Source: Terriglobia bacterium
GTDB taxonomy: Bacteria; Acidobacteriota; Polarisedimenticolia; Polarisedimenticolales; JAIQFR01
Reading direction: 5' to 3'
Length of the DNA stretch: 64,000 nt
Assembly: GCA_963748015.1 (NCBI GenBank)
Contig: CAVVHE010000008.1
Location: 160,001-224,000, forward strand
Position numbers and translations under genes: made by a program. How positions within the stretch are numbered: the stretch's first letter is position 1; the number at the start of each line of letters is the position of its first letter. A model generated the notes under the pieces. That model was given only the letters and a program-made list of their open reading frames with translations, searched no databases and was not told where the DNA came from. Positions 38,136-46,651 of this stretch are shown piece by piece.

Positions 38136-40298
38136 TCAGCGAGGTGCGGGCGGCCCGCTCGCGGCTTTCGCTACCACCACTTGCCGCTGCGTCTTCGCTA
38201 GAGGCACTAGACCTCGAGAAACCGTAACCATGTACAGGAAATTCCCGTCTCCGAGCATTCCCGCTGGAATCACGTCCCGCACCTGCGCACAGCGGTCACC
38301 TGACGGCTCGAGGGAGATGGGCGGGAAGGTGATCGCCGATTGACCGACGAGCCGACGTTCAACATTCAAAGCGCCCTTCTCCCCCTTGCTGCGGCAGACG
38401 TACCCGACGAGCGCCGTCGGCAATTCTGCTCTCATGGGCTCGCCGTCTGCGCGGATGACTGGACCCGTCGGGCGGGGCGCAGTGTCGTCCCGCAAGAACC
38501 AGCCGCTTTGTGGCTGCAGTGCTACCGGAGCCGTCACCGTTACCCCGGTCTCCTCGGATTTCGGAAGGGCAGTTTCGAGCTGACCTGAGTGGAGGACGCC
38601 GAGCGACGCGTTCTCCGCGAGCGCCACGACTTGGTAGCTTCCTGGTGGGAGGTCGAGCATATGTTCCACGATGAGGGGCTGATCGTTCTGCTGCGTCGTC
38701 ACCGTCCGATCGAACTCCTGCAGCACGCTTCCGTTGGCGATAATGGCGGCCGAAACTGCCCAGACCGTTCCGGTCGGGCCGCCGTCGGGAATCGCGAGTT
38801 GGAACAGCCCCGAGTACTTTTTGCCGTCGCAACCCGCTGGGATGAGGCCGAGGGTCAATGCGGCGCCATTCGCCCGTGGGTTTACAAACGCTGCGAGCCT
38901 CCGCGCGTCGACCACGGCCTTCTCGCTCGGGATCACGATGCGCGATCGCGTGCGCACTATCGCGTCTTTCGGCGTCACCTGGATACGAACGAGAAGCGAC
39001 TGGTCCTCCGGCAACCCCTTCGGCTCGAAGCTGACGAGATACACGCACTCCATATCATCGGCGATGCCGCCCGCGATCGCCGACGAATCGATACCTTCCA
39101 GGAAGGCCTCGCCTCCTGTTTCGACAGCGAGACTCGACAGTGCGTCCTTGGCATCGCGGAGTCCGCCGCTATCAGCGGAGGTTCCTTGCGCCAGGACGGC
39201 GTAGACCCGTGCGCCAACTCTGCCGGCCATCGAGACCACCTGATCGAAGGAACCTGCGACGTCCCGAATTCCATCCGATCGGATGAACTCGGGTCGATTG
39301 CCGGCGAAGACGCCCTCCTGCTCCATTACCTTCGACACGGAGCGCAGGTAGTGTTCTCCAGCGTTGAGACGCATCGCGTCCGCGAAATAGACGACAGCCT
39401 TGGGAGCCTTCACGGGTACCAGGCGTAGGAGCGCCAATCGGAACCGCTCCAGCGAGGCATCTGCGCGTCGCATCTCCTGCCTCTGGAGGTCCTTGGCGAG
39501 TCCTTCGACCGCTCTCCACGTGCCCCGTGTGAAAAGCGAGGCCGTCCTGTCCGCCCCGGCCGTGCGCACCCGATTGTCCTTGTCGAATGCTGCGCTGCCT
39601 TTGAATTGGCACAACGGGTCGCGGTTGGGGCCCTGGCAGTTGAGGCCCTCTTCTTCTACAGATCGGATGTTCTTGTACGCACTGTCCTGCTCTTTGGCCT
39701 CGAGAGCGCCCGCACGCGTCGCCGCCTCGAGGCCAGCAACCCGAGCGGACTCCTCCTCGGCGAAGCGTTCCTGCCGCGACGTGTCTCGCTGCAGGCGATC
39801 GATCGCTGCGAGCAACTCTCTCGAGTCGTTGGTGAGCGACGACAAAGCCAGGAGATCGCGGCCGTTGGAGATCACCATGCCCCGGTTACCGCCGACGATG
39901 AGGGTCCTCACCAGCTCCCGTGCGACGTCGATGGCACGCGCCCGCCCCGCATACGTCAGTTGAGACTCATCGAAGTAGAAGAGATATGAGGCGATCGTTG
40001 GTGTGCCCGCGGGCGATCGGATAGAGTTCCCAGTAGTTTCCGTCGAAGAGCAAACCCGATCGAGCGAGAAATTACGAATGAGACTCTTGCCGACCCGTAC
40101 CTCTAGATCGGTCGGTTGGATGTCGACCGGCGAGCCGTCTCGCTTGGAGACGCTAAGGTCGATCTGGACCAGTCGGGTGCCCGCTTTCTCGACGAGGCCG
40201 ATGTCCTTGGGTTTGTCGGCGACCTCAGCGGCGCAGAGCACACTGAGGGCGGCCGCGGTTGCTACGCACGCCGGCACGAACCGAGTCGTTCTCCACAT
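38136..40298 (-). CDS. Secreted VWFA-related domain protein (Acidobacterial type)
   Basis: Signal peptide, LVQIDLSV, YLFYFD, KAVVYF, LAVETGG...YLVSF pattern. Visibly more A/T-ending codons than the flanks. Confidence 0.7.
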   Translation of the reverse strand: MWRTTRFVPACVATAAALSVLCAAEVADKPKDIGLVEKAGTRLVQIDLSVSKRDGSPVDIQPTDLEVRVGKSLIRNFSLDRVCSSTETTGNSIRSPAGTPTIASYLFYFDESQLTYAGRARAIDVARELVRTLIVGGNRGMVISNGRDLLALSSLTNDSRELLAAIDRLQRDTSRQERFAEEESARVAGLEAATRAGALEAKEQDSAYKNIRSVEEEGLNCQGPNRDPLCQFKGSAAFDKDNRVRTAGADRTASLFTRGTWRAVEGLAKDLQRQEMRRADASLERFRLALLRLVPVKAPKAVVYFADAMRLNAGEHYLRSVSKVMEQEGVFAGNRPEFIRSDGIRDVAGSFDQVVSMAGRVGARVYAVLAQGTSADSGGLRDAKDALSSLAVETGGEAFLEGIDSSAIAGGIADDMECVYLVSFEPKGLPEDQSLLVRIQVTPKDAIVRTRSRIVIPSEKAVVDARRLAAFVNPRANGAALTLGLIPAGCDGKKYSGLFQLAIPDGGPTGTVWAVSAAIIANGSVLQEFDRTVTTQQNDQPLIVEHMLDLPPGSYQVVALAENASLGVLHSGQLETALPKSEETGVTVTAPVALQPQSGWFLRDDTAPRPTGPVIRADGEPMRAELPTALVGYVCRSKGEKGALNVERRLVGQSAITFPPISLEPSGDRCAQVRDVIPAGMLGDGNFLYMVTVSRGLVPLAKTQRQVVVAKAASGPPAPR

Positions 40299-40559
40299 GG
40301 CGTCGCTTTCCTTCCAGCGCGCGGCCTCGAGCTCTTGCCTATGAATACGAGTACTTCCCGGGAGGACACATGTCAATCGGAATCTCGTCTAGCCACGAGA
40401 AGCGTTGCATCGTCGCCGCACTGGCGTGGGCGCAGGACGATTCCTGCAGCGCGGCCACCGCTGGCCGTGTGTGGGAGCGGGAGTACGCGGATCGTCTTGG
40501 GGATAGGGAATTCACGCCGCGAAACGGCGTTCCACGTCCGAGGAGGAACCCTCATGTCA

Positions 40560-40599
40560 ACCCGCCACCAAGCGCCCAAACCGCCACCCACGCGCATTC
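40560..40599 (+). repeat. 40-bp direct repeat, copy 2
   Basis: Identical to 37989-38028. Confidence 0.95.
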
Positions 40600-40787
40600 G
40601 CCTCCCGGTGCCCCGGGGAGAGATCGCCGGGCCATGTCGGCGGCGGATCTTGGCGCGTCCAGGCCGGGAGCGGAAACCCGGTGACGTCGCCCGGACAGGT
40701 TCCTAGCCCGGGGAGGAGGGGCGTAATAAGATCGCTGGCGCGCCGCGAGGGAACGTGATCCCCCCCGAACGCGAGGAGTGACGACGG

Positions 40788-43673
40788 GTGACCACAGCAC
40801 GAACGCTACAGCCGGAGGACCAGATCGCCCACTACCGGATCGTCGCGCCGCTCGGAGCGGGCGGGATGGGCGAGGTCTACCTCGCCCAGGACAGTACGCT
40901 CGGAAGGCAGGTCGCCCTCAAGATCCTCCCTCCCGAGCTCGTGCGCAGCCAGGAGCGCGTCCGGCGCTTCGTCCAGGAGGCGAAGTCCGCGTCGTCGCTC
41001 AATCACCCCAACATCGTCACGATCTACGAGATCGGGGAGGACCAGGTTCGCCCGGCGTCCGGCGTTCCGGGCGTCGCATCCGGCTCGGTCCAGTACATCT
41101 CGATGGAGCTCGTCGCCGGGAAGACGCTGGGGGCGAAGATCTACGACGAGCGGGCCGATCTGAGAACGCTGCTCGGCTACCTCGCGCAGGCCGCTGAGGG
41201 GATCGCGAAGGCCCACGCGGCGGGCATCGTCCACCGGGACCTCAAGCCGGGGAACATCATGGTCTCCGACGACGGGTTCGCGAAGGTCCTCGACTTCGGC
41301 CTCGCCAAGCTCACGGAGACCCAGGCCGCGGACCCGGCGCTGTCGAGCGCGCCGACGCAGGACGGAGGCCACACGCAGGGCGGGGTCGCCATCGGCACCG
41401 CCGGCTACATGTCTCCCGAGCAAACCCTGGGCAAGATCGTGGACCCGAGGTCGGACATCTTCTCCTTCGGCTGCATCCTCTACGAGGCCGCGACGCGAAG
41501 TCGGCCATTCGTCGCCGACTCGACGGTCGAGACCATGCACCGGATCCTCCACGACAAGCCGAAGCCGGTCGAGGAGGTCAATCCGAAGGCTCCGGCCGAG
41601 CTGCGACGGCTGATCCGCAGGTGCCTGGCCAAGAGCCCCGACCAGCGCATGCAGTCGATGAAGGACCTCGCCCTCGTCCTGCGCGAGATCGTCGAGGAGT
41701 TCGAAACCCTCTCGGCCTCCGCCAGCTCGGGTTCCTCCGCTGGAAGCGGAACGGTCGCGGCGCTCCAGCCCGCGCCACAGCGGATGTCCCGCGGCTGGAT
41801 CGCTGCCGCCGTGGCCGCGGGCATCATCGGGATCATCGGGATCTTCCTCGGCGTCAACGGGCTACGGGCCCGGCGGGACGCGGCGAAAGGCGGCGACGCT
41901 CCGCCGCCGGCCCTCGAGGTTTCGAGCGTGCCGAGCCGGGGCGGCATTTCCTCGGTGGCGCTCTCGCCCGACGGCCGGTACCTCGCCTACGTCAGCGGCG
42001 CGGGAGGCCAGGCCTCCCTCTTCGTCCGCCAGATCTCGACCGGAAGCGAGATCAGGATCCTCGCGTCCCCGAAGCCGACGCTTTTCGTCTTGCCGTACTC
42101 TCCGAGCGGCGAGCACCTCTGGTATCTCGACTTCGCCTCGGAAAGCGAGGGAGGCTCGCTCTTTCAGGTGCCTTCGCTCGGCGGCACGCCGCGGAAGATC
42201 GCGAGCCAGGTCTTCTCGACCGTCAGCTTCTCGCCCGACGCCAAGCGAATCTGCTTCGGGCGGGTCAACCCGTCGACCGGCGAGCAGTCCATCGTCCTCC
42301 TCGACCTCGCCGGGGGCGGCGAGAAGACCCTCCTGACCCTCAAGATGCCGCTCGGCTTCGCCGGGGGGGCCTTCGCATGGTCGCCGGACGGCAAGACGAT
42401 CGCGGCGGCGGTGCACACGCCGGAGAACGGGGTCCATGCCCAGCTCGTCGTCGTCGGCGTCGAGGACGGCAAACAGGAGCGTTTCGGCGCGACCGGCTGG
42501 GAAGTCGACTCGCTGTCGTGGATGCCGGAGGGTCGAGGACTGCTCGTCTCGGCGTTCAAGTACGGGGTGACCGATTCGAGCCAGGTCTGGTCGGTCACCT
42601 ACCCCGGGGGCGAGAGCCGCCGGATCACCACCGACTACAACAACTACTCGGGACTGAGCCTGTCGCGCGACGGCCTTCTCTTCGCCTCCGCCAGGCAGTC
42701 CAGGGTCGCGAATCTCTGGGCCCTGCCGGCCGCGGGCAAGGAGCGTCCCCGCCAGCTGACCTTCAACGCGAGCAGCGACAGCTCCGTGGGCGATTTCTGC
42801 GTCGCGGGGAGCGACGCGATCCTGTTCTCGGCATCCGCGGCGCACCGCCGCCACGTCTACTCGATCGGGATCGACGGCGAGAGGCTCCGCCAGCTCACCT
42901 CGGGCGAGGACGACGAGAACGAGTTGCACTGCCTGCCCGGCGGCGCCTTCGTCGCCGCCTCCTACGGGGCGGACCACGTCGCCCACATCGTTCGGGCCAA
43001 CGCCGATGGAGGCAACTTGCGGCGGGTGACATCCGGCTCAGGCGAGTGGCTTCAGGACGTCTCGGCGGACGGGAAGGCCGTGCTCTTCCTGCGCGTGGAC
43101 AGCCTTCGCGACGTCTGGTCCGTGCCGCCGGACGGCGGCGAGGCTCGCAAGATCGCGACCAACTCGGATCAGGTCCTGGGCTTCTCTCCCGACCGCACGA
43201 AGGTCGCCTACCTGATGCCGCCCGAGATCGAGGGGCGATCCGACCGAAGGCTCCTCGTCGTTCCGGCCTCGGGAGGAGAGGCGACGGCGCGGCTGTCGCT
43301 TCCCCCCTCGTCCTCCGGCTACAAGTGGGCGCCCGACGGGAGCGCGATTTCGTTCCTGGCGGGCGAGAGCGTGTCGAATCTGTTCCGCCAGGCGCTCGGC
43401 AGCGGGACCGCGCAGCAGATCACCCGGTTCGCCGACGGGCAGATCCGTGGCTACGCGTGGAGCGCCGACGGGAAGACGGCACTGCTCATCCGGCAGCTCG
43501 GGGACGTCTCCAACCTCTGGGCGGTCGGGCCCGACGGCCGCGATCCCGTCGCGCTCACCGACTTCCTGACCGGGTCGATCTTCGACCTCCACCTCACCCA
43601 GGACGGCAAGACCATCGTCTTCACCTACGGCAACGAAACCCAGGACGCCGTGCTGGTGAAGAACTTCCGCTAG
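40788..43673 (+). CDS. Ser/Thr protein kinase with TM and TolB-like (PD40) beta-propeller
   Basis: GAGGMGEV, HRDLKPGN, DFGLAK, YMSPEQ. Repeated (W/F)SPDG units. Confidence 0.93.
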   Translation: MTTARTLQPEDQIAHYRIVAPLGAGGMGEVYLAQDSTLGRQVALKILPPELVRSQERVRRFVQEAKSASSLNHPNIVTIYEIGEDQVRPASGVPGVASGSVQYISMELVAGKTLGAKIYDERADLRTLLGYLAQAAEGIAKAHAAGIVHRDLKPGNIMVSDDGFAKVLDFGLAKLTETQAADPALSSAPTQDGGHTQGGVAIGTAGYMSPEQTLGKIVDPRSDIFSFGCILYEAATRSRPFVADSTVETMHRILHDKPKPVEEVNPKAPAELRRLIRRCLAKSPDQRMQSMKDLALVLREIVEEFETLSASASSGSSAGSGTVAALQPAPQRMSRGWIAAAVAAGIIGIIGIFLGVNGLRARRDAAKGGDAPPPALEVSSVPSRGGISSVALSPDGRYLAYVSGAGGQASLFVRQISTGSEIRILASPKPTLFVLPYSPSGEHLWYLDFASESEGGSLFQVPSLGGTPRKIASQVFSTVSFSPDAKRICFGRVNPSTGEQSIVLLDLAGGGEKTLLTLKMPLGFAGGAFAWSPDGKTIAAAVHTPENGVHAQLVVVGVEDGKQERFGATGWEVDSLSWMPEGRGLLVSAFKYGVTDSSQVWSVTYPGGESRRITTDYNNYSGLSLSRDGLLFASARQSRVANLWALPAAGKERPRQLTFNASSDSSVGDFCVAGSDAILFSASAAHRRHVYSIGIDGERLRQLTSGEDDENELHCLPGGAFVAASYGADHVAHIVRANADGGNLRRVTSGSGEWLQDVSADGKAVLFLRVDSLRDVWSVPPDGGEARKIATNSDQVLGFSPDRTKVAYLMPPEIEGRSDRRLLVVPASGGEATARLSLPPSSSGYKWAPDGSAISFLAGESVSNLFRQALGSGTAQQITRFADGQIRGYAWSADGKTALLIRQLGDVSNLWAVGPDGRDPVALTDFLTGSIFDLHLTQDGKTIVFTYGNETQDAVLVKNFR

Positions 43674-43744
43674 CCCGTGGCGTCAGAGAACCCCGGAGTC
43701 CGCGGACTCCGAGGCCGCGCCCCAAGGGGGAGAAGGAGGGCGCG

Positions 43745-44110
43745 TTAGAAGATCGGGGCCTTCTCGCGGCGGTAGAACTTGTAGGTGTAGACGGTGACCT
43801 TGAGGTCGATCGGCTGCTCGTAGGAGGCGGTGATGATCATCTCGCCGGCGGTCCGCTGGACCTTGAGGTCCTTCTTCTTGAGCGGGATCTCGAGCTGGAC
43901 CGCCTTGTCGAGGATCCGCTTCGCGACCTCGGCGTCCTGGCTCCGCACCGCGGCGAAACGGCACTCCTCGGTGATGAAATCGCCGAACTCGTAGGCGTTG
44001 ATGCGGACCGGGATGATCTTGACCCCGACGAATATCCCGACCGCCAGGAGCGCCAGGGAAACCAGGAGCCCGATCCGTCCTTCGCCCCTCTGATCTCGAA
44101 TCGTGGCCAC
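43745..44110 (-). CDS. Small membrane-anchored protein (DUF4845-like)
   Basis: GTG start at 44110. QRGEG followed by one hydrophobic helix and IIPV. Host-like codon usage. Confidence 0.6.
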   Translation of the reverse strand: MATIRDQRGEGRIGLLVSLALLAVGIFVGVKIIPVRINAYEFGDFITEECRFAAVRSQDAEVAKRILDKAVQLEIPLKKKDLKVQRTAGEMIITASYEQPIDLKVTVYTYKFYRREKAPIF

Positions 44111-44278
44111 GTCGCGCTCCCCGGGGGCGACCGTCCGCCCCATACCGCGGCGGTGTGCCGCGGCCGGGGTCGAATATAGGTTTCGGCCTCCCTCCCGACA
44201 ACCCGCCCCCCGGCCCGCTCCGACCGGCTGCCGGCCGGGGACGGAATGCTCGCATAATGCCCGGAGGAGGGAGGCCCG

Positions 44279-44695
44279 ATGAAGTCCGCGACCCGCTATC
44301 TGACGTTCGAGGTCCAGGCCCGGATGGACTTCGTGAACATCACGCGCGAAGTGCAGAAGGTGGTGGAGGAGAGCGGCATCCGGGAGGGGCTCTGCCTCGT
44401 CAACGCGATGCATATCACCGCCAGCGTCTTCATCAACGACGACGAGCCGGGGCTCCACGAGGACTACAAGGAGTGGCTCGAGCGCCTCGCCCCGCACGAC
44501 CCCGCCCGCTACCGTCACAACCGGACGGGGGAGGACAACGGGGACGCCCACCACAAGCGGCAGGTCATGGGCCGGGAGGTCGTGGTGGCGATCACGAAGG
44601 GCCGGCTCGATTTCGGCCCGTGGGAGCAGATCTTCTACGGCGAGTTCGACGGCAGGCGGTCTAAGCGCGTGCTGGTGAAGGCGATCGGAGAGTAG
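44279..44695 (+). CDS. yjbQ: YjbQ/UPF0047 family protein
   Basis: [25 protein letters not shown]. Confidence 0.92.
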   Translation: MKSATRYLTFEVQARMDFVNITREVQKVVEESGIREGLCLVNAMHITASVFINDDEPGLHEDYKEWLERLAPHDPARYRHNRTGEDNGDAHHKRQVMGREVVVAITKGRLDFGPWEQIFYGEFDGRRSKRVLVKAIGE

Positions 44696-44721
44696 GCGCG
44701 CCCCGGGAAGGCCGCCGCGCG

Positions 44722-45165
44722 CTATCTCTTGAAGAGGCTGTCGAACGCCGACTTCGGGTCGTTCGACTGGGGCGTGCCGGACCTGCGGCCGGTGGCATCG
44801 AGGACGAGGCGCGCGGCGTACAGGGTGCACGGGTTCGCTTTCCCCTTGTCGGGGACCCGCTCCGGGACGTCCGCGCGGCACTCGAAGCGCGCCGCGGTGT
44901 CGAAATGCCGGCAGGCGCGGCACGAGTGGAGCGGCGCGTTGCAGTGGGGGCAGGCCGACTCCGGTCCGATCGCCCCGATCGCCGGGATGTTGCGCCCGCA
45001 GTCCGGGCAGCGCACTACCTCGTTCGCCTCGCGGTTCAGCGCGTGTTTGAGCGACCGCTGCTGCGCCTTCTCCTCGGGCGTGAGCGGCTGCGGCGGCGGA
45101 TTGCGCGGTCCGCGATCCTGCCGCTCGCTATCCTTGTAGCCGTGCTGCCGGTACTTCTGGGCCAA
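44722..45165 (-). CDS. Cys-rich hypothetical (probable zinc-binding) protein
   Basis: TTG start with GGAGG upstream. CPDC, CPHC, CRAC and two further Cys. Confidence 0.7.
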   Translation of the reverse strand: MAQKYRQHGYKDSERQDRGPRNPPPQPLTPEEKAQQRSLKHALNREANEVVRCPDCGRNIPAIGAIGPESACPHCNAPLHSCRACRHFDTAARFECRADVPERVPDKGKANPCTLYAARLVLDATGRRSGTPQSNDPKSAFDSLFKR

Positions 45166-45197
45166 CGGAATCCCTCCATCTCCTCGATGGGGACCGA

Positions 45198-46418
45198 TCA
45201 GGCCAGTTCGCGGAACGTCTCCTCGATCCGCTCGCACGCCCAGTCCAGCTCCTCCCGCGAGATCACGAGGGGGGGCGCGAAACGGATCGTGTTCACGTGG
45301 GTCTCCTTGCACAGGAGCCCCTTCGCCATCAGCGCCTCGCAGAAGCGGCGCGCTCCGCCGGCTTCGGGTCTCAGCTCGAGGCCGATCCACAGCCCTTTGC
45401 CCCGGATCTCCTTCACGTGCGGGCCCCGGATTCCCCGGAGCCGCTGGAGGAAATAGGCGCCGAGCCGCTCCGAGTTCTCGATCAGCTTCTCGTCCACCAG
45501 GACCGCCAGCGCCTCCTGCGCCACCGCGGCGGCGAGCGGGTTCCCGCCGAAGGTCGAGCCGTGGTCGCCGGGGTGGAACACCCCCATGACCTCGTCGTCG
45601 GCCAGGATGGCGGAGACGGGATAGAAGCCGCCGCCGAGCGCCTTGCCGACGATCACGATGTCGGGACGCACCCCATCGTGCTCGAACGCGAAGAGCTTGC
45701 CGGTGCGGCCGAGCCCCGACTGGATCTCGTCCACGACGAACAGCGCCCGGTGCTTCCGGCACTCGTCCTCGATCCCCTTGAGGAAGCCGTCGGGCGGGAC
45801 GACGATCCCGCTCTCGCCCTGGATCGGCTCCACGAGCACGGCCACGACGTTCGGGGTCATCGCGCGCCGCACCGCCTCGAGATCGCCGTAAGGCAGGATC
45901 CTGAAGCCGGGGGTGAACGGACCGAAGCCGTCGCGGTACTGCGGGTCGTCGGAGAAGCTGACGATGGTCGTCGTGCGGCCGTGGAAGTTCCCCGAGAACA
46001 CCAGGATCTCGGCCTCGCCGTCGGCCACTCCCTTGACCTTGTAGCCCCACTTGCGGGCGGCCTTCACCGCCGTCTCCACGGCCTCCGCCCCCGAGTTCAT
46101 CGGGAGCATCCGGCTGTAGCCGGTCAGCTCGGCAACCTGCTTGTAGAGCGGCCCGAGCTGGTCGTTCCGGAAGGCCCGGGACGTCAGCGTGACCTTGCTC
46201 GACTGATCGATCAGCGCCTGCCGGATGCGCGGGTGGCAGTGTCCCTGGTTCACCGCGGAATACGCCGCCAGGAAGTCGAGGTAGCGGTTCCCCTCCACGT
46301 CCCAGACCCAGACGCCCTCGGCCCGCGCCACGACCACGTCCAGCGGGTGATAGTTGTGTGCGCCGAATTCGTCCTCGAGCCGAATGTAGTCGTTCGCGGA
46401 CTTCTTCACGGTCTCCAT
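45198..46418 (-). CDS. rocD: Ornithine--oxo-acid aminotransferase
   Basis: AHNYHPL, MNSGAEAVETA, DEIQSGLGRTG, HGSTFGGNPLA. Confidence 0.95.
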   Translation of the reverse strand: METVKKSANDYIRLEDEFGAHNYHPLDVVVARAEGVWVWDVEGNRYLDFLAAYSAVNQGHCHPRIRQALIDQSSKVTLTSRAFRNDQLGPLYKQVAELTGYSRMLPMNSGAEAVETAVKAARKWGYKVKGVADGEAEILVFSGNFHGRTTTIVSFSDDPQYRDGFGPFTPGFRILPYGDLEAVRRAMTPNVVAVLVEPIQGESGIVVPPDGFLKGIEDECRKHRALFVVDEIQSGLGRTGKLFAFEHDGVRPDIVIVGKALGGGFYPVSAILADDEVMGVFHPGDHGSTFGGNPLAAAVAQEALAVLVDEKLIENSERLGAYFLQRLRGIRGPHVKEIRGKGLWIGLELRPEAGGARRFCEALMAKGLLCKETHVNTIRFAPPLVISREELDWACERIEETFRELA

Positions 46419-46538
46419 GGTCTCCAGGGCTCCTTGGCGCTCCTCGCGGTCCTGCGTCGTCGAGGGCTGCGTGTTCGGGTACTGGGGCGCGATTCGTGGA
46501 TGAAGGATAGCACAGGGCGGCGCACCGGGCCTCGGCCT

Positions 46539-46563
46539 GCCCTGAGCTTGTCGAAGGGCCCGC
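46539..46563. repeat. Short REP-like palindromic repeat, intergenic copy
   Basis: GCCCTGAGCTTGTCGAAGGGCCCGC matches 9-33. Confidence 0.7.
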
Positions 46564-46592
46564 TTGACGCGCCCCGGGCCGGGCGGAATAAT
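46564..46592 (+). promoter_or_regulatory. Putative sigma70 promoter for the MMPL gene
   Basis: TTGACG-N17-AATAAT. Confidence 0.55.
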
Positions 46593-46651
46593 CGCGCTTC
46601 GCGGCCCGGACCCGGGTTTTTCCCCGACGACACCGCTGGAGCGCCTGCTGC

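Noticed and set aside
37989..40599. Prophage or autonomous transposon
   Set aside because: There is no integrase, transposase, terminal inverted repeat or phage gene between the repeats. Kept only as a cassette-like finding.
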